Shown piece by piece: positions 47,994 through 57,888 of a stretch of DNA of 64,000 nucleotides (the first letter of the stretch is position 1; the number at the start of each line of letters is the position of its first letter). The translations under genes were made by a program, and so were the position numbers. The notes beneath the pieces are model-generated. The model ran no database searches and had not been told where the DNA came from. It saw only the letters and a list, made by a program, of their open reading frames with translations. The stretch is from Patescibacteria group bacterium (lineage in GTDB: Bacteria; Patescibacteriota; Dojkabacteria; J137): positions 175,645-239,644 of the forward strand of contig CAUJCN010000001.1 in the NCBI GenBank assembly GCA_963169855.1. The letters are read 5' to 3'.

Positions 47994-49922
47994 ATGAAAA
48001 CGTCAGAGCAAATCAGAGAAGAATTTTTGAAATTTTGGGAAGAATCACCTAGAAACGCCAAGCTTGTTCCGAACATGTCATTAGTGCCAAATAACGATCC
48101 TACTTTACTTTTCGTAAATTCAGGAATGTTCCCACTTGTTCCTTATTTAGGAGGACAACCACACCCTTTGGGAACGAGACTTTATAATTTGCAAAGATGC
48201 GTAAGAACAATCGATATTGATGATGTAGGGGACAATCGACATTTAACTTGTTTCGAAATGATGGGCAATTGGTCACTTGGGGATTTTACAAAAGCTGAAC
48301 AAATTCCTTGGATTTTGGAACTTCATGTAGAAAGATACGGATTCGATCCATCCAGACTATACATCTCGGTTTGGGGAGGAGACGATTCTATTCCAAGAGA
48401 CGACGAAGCAATCGAACTTTGGAAAAAGGCATTCAGGAAATACGGCATCGAAGCTGAATACTCAGAAGACAGATCAAACTTACCAAAAGATTTAGAAGAA
48501 GGAAAAACTTGGAAGCCAAGAATCTTTCCATTCGGAAAGAAAGAAAATTGGTGGCAAAGAGGACCTGATGTTGTTGGAGAACTTGGAGGACCTTGTTCAG
48601 AAATTTTCTTTGATACAGGAAAAATTGTTCACGAGCAGGAAAAGTACGACATTAACGATGACTCATGGAGATTCATCGAAATCGGAAACAACGTTTTCAT
48701 GGAGTACAGATTTGATGAAAGCGGAAAGTGGGTTCAGATGGAAAAGAAGAACATCGACTTTGGGGGAGGATTTGAAAGAGTAGTTAAGTGTATTCAAGAT
48801 CAAGAAGACTTCTTTGGAACAGACATTTTCATGCCTTACATTCAAAAAGTTGAAGAGCTTTCTGGAATGAATTACAAAGACGGAAATGGAAAAGATCACG
48901 ATAAATCAAACTCATTTAGAGTTATTGCGGACCACATTAGAACAAGCGTTTTAATGATTGGAGACGGAGTTGTTCCTTCAAACAAAGACCAGGGATATAT
49001 TCTAAGAAGACTTATAAGAAGAATGATCCGACACGCTATGAAAGTTGGAATTCAAGATAATTTTGCAGAAGATTTGGCAAAAGTTGTAATCGAAAAAATG
49101 ACTCACGGTTACCCTCATTTACAAGAACAGAAAGCTCGAATTATTTCTGAATTAGTTAGAGAAGAAGAAAAGTTCTCAAAGACAATAAGCAATGGTTTGA
49201 GAGAATTAAACAAACTTGTAGACGAAGTAAATAATTCTCAGAGAACTTCCCTGCCTGCCGGCAGGCATGGGATTTCGGGAGGAGACGCTTTCAACTTGTA
49301 CGAAACTTACGGTTTTCCAGTAGAACTTACATTAGAACTTTTGAAAGAAATGGGAATTTCTGAATTTTCTATGGATGAATTCAACGCTGAACAGGAAAAA
49401 CACCAATCCGATTCTAGAGCTGGAGCAGAGCAGAAGTTTAAAGGAGGTTTAGCTGATCAGTCAGAAGAAACTACAAAACTTCATACAGCTCATCACTTGT
49501 TACTTGCAGCTTTACAGAAACTTGTTAATCCTACTATCAAGCAGAGGGGAAGTAATATTACTGCTGAAAGATTAAGAATTGACTTCAATTTGGATAGAAA
49601 ACTAACTGAAGAAGAAATCAAGAATGTAGAAGAATGGGTTAACGCAAGAATTGCAGAAAAGTTACCTGTTGTAAGATTAGAAATGAAAAAAGAAGAAGCT
49701 GAAAATATTGGTGCACAAATGGAATTCGGAGCTAAATATCCAGATGTCGTATCAATTTATTACATTGGGAATTCAGTGGAAGAATCTGTTTCTAAAGAAT
49801 TCTGCGGAGGTCCACACGTTTCCAATACTTCTGAACTTGGTGAAGGCGGAAAAACTTTCAAGATTGTAAAAGAAGAAAGTAGTGGAAGCGGAATCAGAAG
49901 AATAAAAGCTTCTTTAGTTTAA
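47994..49922 (+). CDS. alaS: alanyl-tRNA synthetase, short form lacking C-Ala domain
   Basis: N-terminal catalytic-domain motifs (LVPNNDPTLLFVNSGM, RHLTCFEMMGNWSLGDF), editing HxxxH (HTAHHLLLAAL) and CGGPHV; 642 aa. Confidence 0.85.
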   Translation: MKTSEQIREEFLKFWEESPRNAKLVPNMSLVPNNDPTLLFVNSGMFPLVPYLGGQPHPLGTRLYNLQRCVRTIDIDDVGDNRHLTCFEMMGNWSLGDFTKAEQIPWILELHVERYGFDPSRLYISVWGGDDSIPRDDEAIELWKKAFRKYGIEAEYSEDRSNLPKDLEEGKTWKPRIFPFGKKENWWQRGPDVVGELGGPCSEIFFDTGKIVHEQEKYDINDDSWRFIEIGNNVFMEYRFDESGKWVQMEKKNIDFGGGFERVVKCIQDQEDFFGTDIFMPYIQKVEELSGMNYKDGNGKDHDKSNSFRVIADHIRTSVLMIGDGVVPSNKDQGYILRRLIRRMIRHAMKVGIQDNFAEDLAKVVIEKMTHGYPHLQEQKARIISELVREEEKFSKTISNGLRELNKLVDEVNNSQRTSLPAGRHGISGGDAFNLYETYGFPVELTLELLKEMGISEFSMDEFNAEQEKHQSDSRAGAEQKFKGGLADQSEETTKLHTAHHLLLAALQKLVNPTIKQRGSNITAERLRIDFNLDRKLTEEEIKNVEEWVNARIAEKLPVVRLEMKKEEAENIGAQMEFGAKYPDVVSIYYIGNSVEESVSKEFCGGPHVSNTSELGEGGKTFKIVKEESSGSGIRRIKASLV

Positions 49923-50539
49923 ACTTCGAATGCAGAAGGACTTGAACCCTGGTTTGAGTCCTTTTTCTTTCCATTTTTTGTATTCTTAATTGTTCCTAAA
50001 TACTTCCTTAATTTATCGTATTCGCAAAGATCAGCCATTTCGTAGTCAGGAAAGACATGTGGTGGTACCTGAAAGTCTTTACTAGCAGAGGCCATTACCA
50101 AGTATCTAGCAATTGATTCTGCAGCGTCTCTAAAAAACATATCATTAACAACCTGCTCTCTATTGCCATATTGTCCAAGGATATTAACTATTTCAAGCCT
50201 TTTCTTTGCAATTCTCTTTTCTACCATGCTTCTTAATTCTGCGAAGAACTCTTCTTGTTCGTAACCATCCTTTAAAGAAAAATGATATCCGGCTAGTGGT
50301 TGTTCATATCTATCAAGTTGAACACTTGCCATCCAAGTTTCGTAATCGCTGTCTGGTTCTAATATTTCAGTTTCACTTGAATTATTAACTTTTCCAGACC
50401 CTCTTCTCCTTTCCTCTACAACAAAAATCATACCAACGAAAACATATTGAAATTCTGGTAAAAGTGTAGAAAACAAAGGAAATTCGCTTGTTTTATCTAT
50501 TATTTCAAATTGAATAAAGTCGTCGCCCATTTTTAGCAA
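49919..50539 (-). CDS. hypothetical protein
   Basis: 206-aa ORF. Confidence 0.4.
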   Translation of the reverse strand: MLKMGDDFIQFEIIDKTSEFPLFSTLLPEFQYVFVGMIFVVEERRRGSGKVNNSSETEILEPDSDYETWMASVQLDRYEQPLAGYHFSLKDGYEQEEFFAELRSMVEKRIAKKRLEIVNILGQYGNREQVVNDMFFRDAAESIARYLVMASASKDFQVPPHVFPDYEMADLCEYDKLRKYLGTIKNTKNGKKKDSNQGSSPSAFEV

Positions 50540-50574
50540 TATTTATGTTGTTGGATTTTATCACATCGAAGAAT

Positions 50575-51810
50575 TTAGGAAAGTAGAAGCTGTGCAGATT
50601 CGTTAGAATTTTTGATCTCGTATTCCGAAGGTGTTGCTGTTGTGTAAACGACCTGGTTAGTTCTTTTTGTAAACTCGTCGAACATTAGAGGTCTATTATC
50701 TAGCGCTGATCTCATTCGAAATCCGTAATCAACAAGGTTTTCTTTTCTTGATCTATCTCCTGAATACATTCCTCCAATCTGAGGGACTGTAATATGGGAT
50801 TCGTCGATAATTGTTAGATAGTCTTCTGGAAAATAATCGAGTAAAGTAGACGGAGCTGAACCAACTGCTCGCCCATCTATGTATCTAGAATAATTCTCAA
50901 TTCCCTTGCAGAATCCAGTTTCTTCGATCATTTCCATGTCGTAGTTTACTCTTTGTTTTAATCTAGTTGCTTCTACAAGTTTACCTCTATCAGTAAAGTC
51001 TTTTACCTCTTTTTCTAAATCTTCTCGAATTCGCACAATTGCTCTTTTTAGTTTTTCTTCTGGAGTTACGTTATGCTTTGCTGGAAAGATTGTAATCTCG
51101 TCGACTCTTCCAATAACTTCTCCACTGATTGGATTCATAATTCTAATTGAATCGATGTCATCTCCAAAGAATTCAACTCTAACAGCTCTGTCTTCGGAAA
51201 CTGTAAGATTAATATCTAATGAGTCACCTCTAACTCTGTAAGTTCCTGTTCCAAAATCATTGTTAGTTCTTTCGTACTGCATATCTCTTAAACGAGAAAG
51301 TAGTTTGTCTCGTGTTAAAGCTTTTCCTGTTTCAATTTTCACGCTCATACCCTCGTAATCATCTGGATTTCCAAGACCATATATGCATGAAACAGTTGAT
51401 ACAATAATAGTATCCTTTCGTGATAAAAGCATTTGAGTTGCAGAGTTTCTGTATCTTTCGATTACCTCGTTAATATCTGAATCTTTCTCAATATATAAAT
51501 CTCTAGAAGGAACGTATGCTTCTGGTTGGTAATAGTCGTAGTAACTTACAAAGTATTCCACTGCATTTTCTGGAAAAAAGTCTATAAATTCTGAGTACAA
51601 CTGTGCCGCCAAAGTCTTATTATGGGATAAGATCAATGTTGGTTTATTTACATTCTGAATCAGGTTCGCCATAGTGAAAGTCTTACCTGTTCCCGTAGCT
51701 CCAATCAAAGTCTGATGTTTTAATCCAGCTTTTACACCTTCTGAAAGAATATCAATTGCCTGTGGTTGATCGCCAGATGGTTTGTAGTTTGAGTGAAGTT
51801 TAAATGCCAT
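50575..51810 (-). CDS. uvrB: excinuclease ABC subunit B, N-terminal fragment (domains 1a/2/1b only); truncated gene or pseudogene
   Basis: GATGTGKTF Walker A, NKTLAAQLY, VEYFVSYYDYYQPEAYVP; stops after ...TTATPSEYEIKNS, lacking helicase domain 3 (motifs IV-VI) and UvrC-binding domain. Confidence 0.75.
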   Translation of the reverse strand: MAFKLHSNYKPSGDQPQAIDILSEGVKAGLKHQTLIGATGTGKTFTMANLIQNVNKPTLILSHNKTLAAQLYSEFIDFFPENAVEYFVSYYDYYQPEAYVPSRDLYIEKDSDINEVIERYRNSATQMLLSRKDTIIVSTVSCIYGLGNPDDYEGMSVKIETGKALTRDKLLSRLRDMQYERTNNDFGTGTYRVRGDSLDINLTVSEDRAVRVEFFGDDIDSIRIMNPISGEVIGRVDEITIFPAKHNVTPEEKLKRAIVRIREDLEKEVKDFTDRGKLVEATRLKQRVNYDMEMIEETGFCKGIENYSRYIDGRAVGSAPSTLLDYFPEDYLTIIDESHITVPQIGGMYSGDRSRKENLVDYGFRMRSALDNRPLMFDEFTKRTNQVVYTTATPSEYEIKNSNESAQLLLS

Positions 51811-51984
51811 AGTTGAATTATACCATCGACTGAAAGGAGATGATAAAAGCTTTCCTTGGTCAAAGATAAAGTGAGCTTATATCGCAGAAACGCTATTTTA
51901 ATAACCAACTATCCAGATGAAATCCTAACCCAGATTGATGTTGTTTAAACTGGAACTTGAGGTATATAATATTGACATTACTTT

Positions 51985-52251
51985 GTGGTAACTATGGCAG
52001 ATAAAGAAGAACTTAGGGCAATCGATTCTCAAGAATGGGATCAGATTAAAGGGAATGCAATTTCAGATCAACCTGACGAAGGTGCGGAAAGAGTTGCGAT
52101 GGATGCTTTGCGAAATATAGCTAGACAGATTGCTAAAATCTACGGGAAAGTCGACGCATCAACAGTTTTAACTTACTCATATTCCAAAAATTTAGGACTA
52201 ACATTGGACGATGTTCAGCAAATTATCGATGCTTCCAATCATGAAGAGTAA
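51985..52251 (+). CDS. small hypothetical protein
   Basis: 88-aa ORF. Confidence 0.35.
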   Translation: MVTMADKEELRAIDSQEWDQIKGNAISDQPDEGAERVAMDALRNIARQIAKIYGKVDASTVLTYSYSKNLGLTLDDVQQIIDASNHEE

Positions 52252-53209
52252 TTCTACCAAAATAAATGTTGTAATCTTGAATAGTGGTGAAAATCCCAGA
52301 TACGTTGTAAGTTCAGTTCCTAGAAACTCATACTTACGATATAATGATAAAATGGATTTAATAGGAAACATCTGGAATAGAAATCATTTAGATAGATTGC
52401 CCAATTCAAGAGAAGGCTTAGAGGTTAAGCGATACTTTGTTAAAAAAAGTAGTAACCAATATACAGATAAGTACAGAACAAAGACTCGAGAGGTAATAGA
52501 TTACAAGCAAGAATTCTACAAAATTAATAATCTCCCACTTTCAGATCAGGAAGCAGAATTCATTGGGTTAAAAAAGAGAAATGATGGGAAACCTTATCGA
52601 ATTAGCCTTAAATTCCCTAACGATAATAGTGTTGATATAAAGGCGATCAAACAAATAATGACTGATGGGAACTTGAGTGAGGGAGAAATGTCAAGTAACT
52701 CTTTTTTGTTACATCTACGGAAACTTCTACGCACTACCTCTTCAAGACATTCTTCAGCAGAAGCAGATATTTTAAGTGACGTTGTCAGTGCCAATCCAGA
52801 CAAACCTATACACATATCTTTAGGCTCTAGTTCCAATGCTTATTTTATAGATGAGATGGGTACCGAGATACATAATATTTCTCCCTCAAGATTTTGTGCA
52901 ATTATTGACCTGACCGAAAATCCGAATGATGATAAAATGAAGCTTCGTAGATCATATAGTTTACCTAGTGATCATGTTCCATATTTTTTTGAAAATCCTA
53001 CCGAGAATGAAATCAATTTAAGGCTTAAAACTGATGTAAGACCACTAACCGATAAAGAAAAACTCATTTTACATTTCATAATGGAACGAAGAAGCAATAC
53101 TTTTCGAGAAAGCGAACTCGAGTTTATGAAGTATATTATTAAAGATGCTGAAGGAAACGTTACTGGAGTGGATAGAGCGAGGTGGATTGCAGATCAAAAA
53201 ACAAGTTAA
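52211..53209 (+). CDS. hypothetical protein
   Basis: 332-aa ORF. Confidence 0.4.
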   Translation: MFSKLSMLPIMKSNSTKINVVILNSGENPRYVVSSVPRNSYLRYNDKMDLIGNIWNRNHLDRLPNSREGLEVKRYFVKKSSNQYTDKYRTKTREVIDYKQEFYKINNLPLSDQEAEFIGLKKRNDGKPYRISLKFPNDNSVDIKAIKQIMTDGNLSEGEMSSNSFLLHLRKLLRTTSSRHSSAEADILSDVVSANPDKPIHISLGSSSNAYFIDEMGTEIHNISPSRFCAIIDLTENPNDDKMKLRRSYSLPSDHVPYFFENPTENEINLRLKTDVRPLTDKEKLILHFIMERRSNTFRESELEFMKYIIKDAEGNVTGVDRARWIADQKTS

Positions 53210-53218
53210 GACACGAAA

Positions 53219-53986
53219 TCAATATACCTTAATTTCATTTACACAGCTACAGATCTTACTCCATTCAGGATCCAGGTAACATTTAGGGTCTCTCGATGTA
53301 CATCGATATCTTCCGTGAAAAACCATTCTGAGTGCAGTATCTGCCCATTCAGATGGTGGAAAAATCTTCATTAAATCTTTCTCAACTTTCTCTGGAGTTT
53401 TATTTTTTGATAATCCTAACCGATTGGCTGTTCTTAAAACATGAGTATCAACAACAAATCCTGGTGGAACGTAACCAGCCACAACCTTAGGCATTTTTTT
53501 ATCTTCTTCAGTTAAGAATCCGTCTAGTCTCCCATCTGTAACTCCTGCGTGTTGCCTTTCAATAACTCTTTTTCTGAAAGCCTCTGGTCTTGCAAACCAT
53601 TCAGCAATAACTACATTCGCAGTTTTTCTTCCGACACCAGGTAGAGTAGTTAGTTCTTCCATTGTCGAAGGAATCTCCCCTCGGAATTCTGAATTCACCT
53701 TCTTCGCCATTTCGACTAAATGTTTAGACTTAGTTTTATAGTAATTAATGCCTCCAATTATCATCTCTACATCAATTGGATCAGCTTTTTCTAAATCTTT
53801 GAGAGTTGGATACTTTTTGAAAAGTGCTGGAGTTTTTTTATTAACTGTTGCATCTAAAGTCTGTGCAGAAAGCATTACAGACACAATCAATTCATAAACA
53901 TTGTTATGAGTAAGCGGTGTTTGAACAACAGGATAATCGCGTTTAAGAAGTTCATCTACTTTTTTAACTCGGTCCTCAAAAGTCAT
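53219..53986 (-). CDS. nth: endonuclease III (HhH-GPD DNA glycosylase) with about 45-aa insertion
   Basis: LPGVGRKTANVV HhH, catalytic VDTHVLRTANRLGL, 4Fe-4S CTSRDPKCYLDPEWSKICSC. Confidence 0.75.
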   Translation of the reverse strand: MTFEDRVKKVDELLKRDYPVVQTPLTHNNVYELIVSVMLSAQTLDATVNKKTPALFKKYPTLKDLEKADPIDVEMIIGGINYYKTKSKHLVEMAKKVNSEFRGEIPSTMEELTTLPGVGRKTANVVIAEWFARPEAFRKRVIERQHAGVTDGRLDGFLTEEDKKMPKVVAGYVPPGFVVDTHVLRTANRLGLSKNKTPEKVEKDLMKIFPPSEWADTALRMVFHGRYRCTSRDPKCYLDPEWSKICSCVNEIKVY

Positions 53987-53987
53987 A

Positions 53988-54194
53988 TTAGAATATTTTG
54001 AAGCCTATAATTTCGAGTACAGCTGCTATAGCGAAGAAAAATCCAACTAGAATAAAGAGATAAATTGCCCCGTACAGTTTGTAAGTCTGTCTATATGTAC
54101 TAAAATCTTTAGTCTTTCTAGAAGCAATAAATCCGATTCCTAGCAACCCAACGACTACAAATCCAATCATTAATAATCCTAATATTATTCCCAT
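53988..54194 (-). CDS. small membrane protein
   Basis: 68 aa, 2 TM. Confidence 0.3.
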   Translation of the reverse strand: MGIILGLLMIGFVVVGLLGIGFIASRKTKDFSTYRQTYKLYGAIYLFILVGFFFAIAAVLEIIGFKIF

Positions 54195-54253
54195 GAAGTT
54201 ATTTTACCATTACAGTGATAACTTAGGCATGAAGAAGTTTGATTTCAGAAAGA

Positions 54254-54640
54254 TTAAGCACCTGATAGGAAATCTAGTACTTTATCCAAAACTTCGTTGA
54301 TCTTATCCACACAAGCTCGATCTACATTTTGCGAGAAATCCAAGCTCTTTACATAAGATACGAAATCTTGAATTGCTACATTAAGAGCGTGTTCTTCAGG
54401 AAGAGGGACATCGTATGGTAAGCAGAATAGAAGATTTCTTAACCCAGTAATAAAACCTCCTCTGCATTTATACAGCTGATCATTTAGCTGACCAGTCACA
54501 ATTCGTCTATCGGGAAGTTCATCCAAACAATCAAATCGCATGTATCTGAACAAGGCTGAATATTTTTCTCTTTTTTCTTCAACTGAATCAGAGTCCAGTA
54601 TTTTAAACTCTGGTTTAACTGGTGCTATTAGCGTTTCCAC
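54254..54640 (-). CDS. hypothetical protein
   Basis: 128-aa ORF. Confidence 0.4.
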   Translation of the reverse strand: METLIAPVKPEFKILDSDSVEEKREKYSALFRYMRFDCLDELPDRRIVTGQLNDQLYKCRGGFITGLRNLLFCLPYDVPLPEEHALNVAIQDFVSYVKSLDFSQNVDRACVDKINEVLDKVLDFLSGA

Positions 54641-54681
54641 ATAATGTTTTTAAGTATGTGATTCTAACACGATAACATTAT

Positions 54682-55203
54682 CTATTTTCCTAAGTTCTTC
54701 ATTGCTTCCAACAGAGTAGAGTGAATATACTCAGATTCTGGTGTAGGTTCCCATGATTGCTCTGAAGTATCGGAAGAAGATTCATCCCATTTTAAATCTT
54801 CCATATGCTGATAAACCCACCACATATTTCCCCATGCATCCTTTATTCTAGAGAATTTATATCCAAGAAAATCTGTTGGCTTAGTTATAACAACTGCTCC
54901 TAAAGATTCAGCTTTTGCCAATGTGGATTCAACATCATTAACATAAACTTGTAAAAGGCTTGGTGTATAAGGCCAGTCTGGTTTAGTATCTGCCACTGCA
55001 ACCATCGAATTCCCTATCATTAATTCACAATGCAAAACTAGTCCATCAGTATCGTAAGTTAGAGAATAGGGTTGCTCAACAGCAAAGAAAACATCCTTCA
55101 GAAATTGAATTACCTTTGTAGCGTCTTTAGTTATTACGAAAGGCATTATTGTATTGTAGCCTTCTGGTGCTTTTGGAATAGTAGACATAAAAAAAGTTAA
55201 CAT
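54682..55203 (-). CDS. VOC (glyoxalase/bleomycin-resistance) family protein
   Basis: HCELMIGNSMVAVAD...DFLGYKFSRIKDAWGNMWWV pattern. Confidence 0.5.
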   Translation of the reverse strand: MLTFFMSTIPKAPEGYNTIMPFVITKDATKVIQFLKDVFFAVEQPYSLTYDTDGLVLHCELMIGNSMVAVADTKPDWPYTPSLLQVYVNDVESTLAKAESLGAVVITKPTDFLGYKFSRIKDAWGNMWWVYQHMEDLKWDESSSDTSEQSWEPTPESEYIHSTLLEAMKNLGK

Positions 55204-55248
55204 ATTAAACGTTAACTTAATTTACTATATTTAGAGGTTTAAATCTAA

Positions 55249-55551
55249 TTAAACAACATCAGGTTCTGACCACCAAATCGCAAGAACAATAATTCCTCCA
55301 ACAGGAATCAACCAAAGTAATAACCACCACTTGTCTTTCCCAACTGCATTTAATCTTCTTGCACCAACAGCCAGAATTGGTAATAGAACTGCGATTAAAA
55401 ATATACTGGCAACAACTGTACTTAAAAGTGACAGAGCAGAGGTTACTAATGCTACAGCAAGGTGAAACCACCATAATTCAGATCTAGAAGCTTTTCCTTC
55501 GAATTCAGCGTACTTATTCAAACATGTTTGGATTGATTCTTGAAAAGTCAT
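55249..55551 (-). CDS. DUF805 family inner-membrane protein
   Basis: ASRSELWWFHL...VGARRLNAVGKDKWWLLLWLIP signature. Confidence 0.55.
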   Translation of the reverse strand: MTFQESIQTCLNKYAEFEGKASRSELWWFHLAVALVTSALSLLSTVVASIFLIAVLLPILAVGARRLNAVGKDKWWLLLWLIPVGGIIVLAIWWSEPDVV

Positions 55552-55567
55552 AATTGTTTGCTAATGG

Positions 55568-55969
55568 TTAATTAAATTTTTGTTTTGAATGGTTGTAAGA
55601 TCTTTCGATAATTTGCTCAAGAACGCCCAAGTCCACCTCGCTAAGTTTAGTTATGTACAAACAGGCTTTACTCGTAGTGTTCTTACCTAACTTTGATAAT
55701 AGGTCAGAAAGGTCTAAATCATCTTGCATTACGTACAAAGTTTGGTTTTGTTTTCTTGGTGAGAATCCAGCCAAAGGCCAAGTTCCAGATTTAGTTTCAT
55801 ATTCTCCAAATCCAACAATCGCTGTTCCCCACATTTTTGGTTCTTCTTTGATAACTTTCTTATACAGATCGAGCAAAACTAAACCATCAGCTCTTCGAGT
55901 TTCATCTTCTATTGAATTTAAGAAATCTTCAACACTAGCATCATTTTTTTTAGTTTTTGGCTCTGCCAT
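55568..55969 (-). CDS. hypothetical protein (DUF1801/YdhG-like?)
   Basis: 133-aa ORF. Confidence 0.35.
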   Translation of the reverse strand: MAEPKTKKNDASVEDFLNSIEDETRRADGLVLLDLYKKVIKEEPKMWGTAIVGFGEYETKSGTWPLAGFSPRKQNQTLYVMQDDLDLSDLLSKLGKNTTSKACLYITKLSEVDLGVLEQIIERSYNHSKQKFN

Positions 55970-56559
55970 AGAAATTGTCTATTAATTACAATGATTATAT
56001 CAAGAATTAGGGAAGGGTGATATTTGGTGGGCAATGTTCAACTACCCGGAAGCCACTAAAATTATACCAAAAGAATTTAATTTAATCTTCGTACTAGATA
56101 ATTTAGATAAAAATATTAAAAGAATCTCTCAAAAGTATCAACTTCCTAATAAAAACGCCTAATTTAGGCGATTTTGTATTGCAATACAATTGTTATCTGG
56201 CTTTTTGGTGCTATAATCCTTCAATTATTAAATCAGGACAACGTTTAACGCGAATACTCTTGAAAAATATATTGATATTAAAGAACCTCTAAATCTAGGG
56301 GAGTTTTTTGAGGCAATGGATATAAAGTTCTTTCTTCAGAAGTTACTAAAGGAGGATCTAACTCAAGATGCCTCAGAGTAACAATAGTTTCTACAGAATC
56401 AGAAGTTTCAACTCCTGTGGTATTGCACATTAAATGGATTGAGAGAGCACAAAGACTACTAGGTAAGCGTAATGAAATTAAGAATGGTACTTACATATTG
56501 CCAGGTACAATTGAATCCTAATTTCAGTTATTATTTAAAAGTATTTTTTAAATAAGTTT

Positions 56560-57168
56560 ATGAAACCTGTTCTTTTTGTAGATTTTAATGGTGTTATCTC
56601 TTATCAAAACTTCTGGAATAGTATTTACTCTGAAGACCATAAATTATTCAACCTTAGAAACGATATTAATACCTTTGTATTTGTTGAGAACAAAGACTTC
56701 GTAAAAGATTGGATGGTGGGGTTACATACTGCTGAAGAAGCTCATGATTTAATAAAAGCAAAATTTGATATTGATAAAGAATATCTATTTGAAATATTTA
56801 AGAAAGACGCTGAGACAATTGATGTATCTGAAAAAATATTATTGAAGTTACAAGAGTTAAAAAGTAAGTATAAGGTTGTAATGATTACCGATAATATGGA
56901 TACATTTACTAGATTTACACTTCCCAATAATCCAGAGATAAGTAGGACATTCGATGGGATATTCGTATCCTTTCATACAGGCAAATTAAAGAAAACTGAT
57001 GAAGGTAAGATCTTCAAAAATATTGTAAATCTATTCGATAGTAAATTAGAAGAAAGCATCCTAATCGATGACTCTAAATCTAACTGTGAACTATTCGAGT
57101 CTATTGGTGGAAAATCTATTTGTATTACCGGGGAGGATAAGATATTAAAAGAACTGAAAGCGCTTTAA
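56560..57168 (+). CDS. HAD-superfamily hydrolase-like protein
   Basis: motif I LFVDFNGV, motif IV LIDDSKSN. Confidence 0.45.
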   Translation: MKPVLFVDFNGVISYQNFWNSIYSEDHKLFNLRNDINTFVFVENKDFVKDWMVGLHTAEEAHDLIKAKFDIDKEYLFEIFKKDAETIDVSEKILLKLQELKSKYKVVMITDNMDTFTRFTLPNNPEISRTFDGIFVSFHTGKLKKTDEGKIFKNIVNLFDSKLEESILIDDSKSNCELFESIGGKSICITGEDKILKELKAL

Positions 57169-57410
57169 AGTCCTTGTCAGTAAACTAAAAACACTCTTGT
57201 TGTTGACGTTGTACTATAGCAGGACTTAAAAAAGATAAGCAAGAGATTCCACATAAGATACTTATTAAACTAAGGCTTCCTCATGAGATTATACTCGATC
57301 TACTAAGGACTTCCGAGTTTGATAATCCAGTTAAAAATCCAAAAAAGTCCAAAACTATGGCTCTAAATTCTAATATTAAAAAGGGGGAGTTCGGGGTAAA
57401 TGAACATAAA

Positions 57411-57486
57411 TGGTGCCAGGGGGCAGACTTGAACTGCCGACACCTCGCTCTTCAGGCGAGTGCTCTACCAGCTGAGCTACCCTAGC
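57411..57486 (-). tRNA. tRNA-Phe (GAA), CCA encoded
   Basis: manual cloverleaf: acceptor GCUAGGG/CCCUGGC, anticodon stem CUCGC/GCGAG, loop CUGAAGA, T-loop UUCAAGU. Confidence 0.85.
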
Positions 57487-57546
57487 ATGTCGAAGTATTT
57501 ATTTCCCATCTTCCTTAACTCTACCCCTACTACACAAAGTTTCGTA

Positions 57547-57624
57547 GGACTAAGATCTTCTTTAATTCGGCTACATTTCATTTGCCTCATTAAGAATCTC
57601 TTGAGCAGCTGAGCTACCCTAGCA
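57547..57624 (-). repeat. 78-bp tRNA-upstream repeat A, ending in a copy of tRNA-Phe nt 1-19
   Basis: 70/70 with one mismatch to repeat B, then CAGCTGAGCTACCCTAGCA identical to the 5' end of tRNA-Phe. Confidence 0.8.
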
Positions 57625-57767
57625 TTAAGTAAGATTCAAGACTAAAGATTAAAGATCTAAAAAAATTAAGATTTTTGAATAAAACCCACTTACTGTTTCA
57701 AATCTTCGTTTCAGAACATGACTTGCCCTTTTGAATCTTTGATCTTTCAGCTTTTAACTTTTTTTAA

Positions 57768-57840
57768 TGGGCAGTATAGGATTCGAACCTATGACCATCC
57801 CGGTGTAAACGGGGCGCTCTACCAGCTGAGCTAACTGCCC
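57768..57840 (-). tRNA. tRNA-Val (UAC), CCA not encoded
   Basis: acceptor GGGCAGU/ACUGCCC, anticodon loop UUUACAC, T-loop UUCGAAU. Confidence 0.8.
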
Positions 57841-57888
57841 AATTCGGGACTTTGTATTCTAACATTCTATTGGCTCTACTCCCTAAAG

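Noticed and set aside
47801-48076. 91-aa minus-strand ORF rich in Cys/Gly/Ile
   Set aside because: It is translated from the 18-bp tandem repeats and hairpins upstream of alaS; a repeat artefact.
57589-57625. Partial tRNA copies called as tRNA pseudogenes
   Set aside because: Only the first 19 nt of each tRNA are copied (acceptor 5' strand plus D-arm start), with no anticodon or T arms. They are better described as part of the 78-bp repeat.
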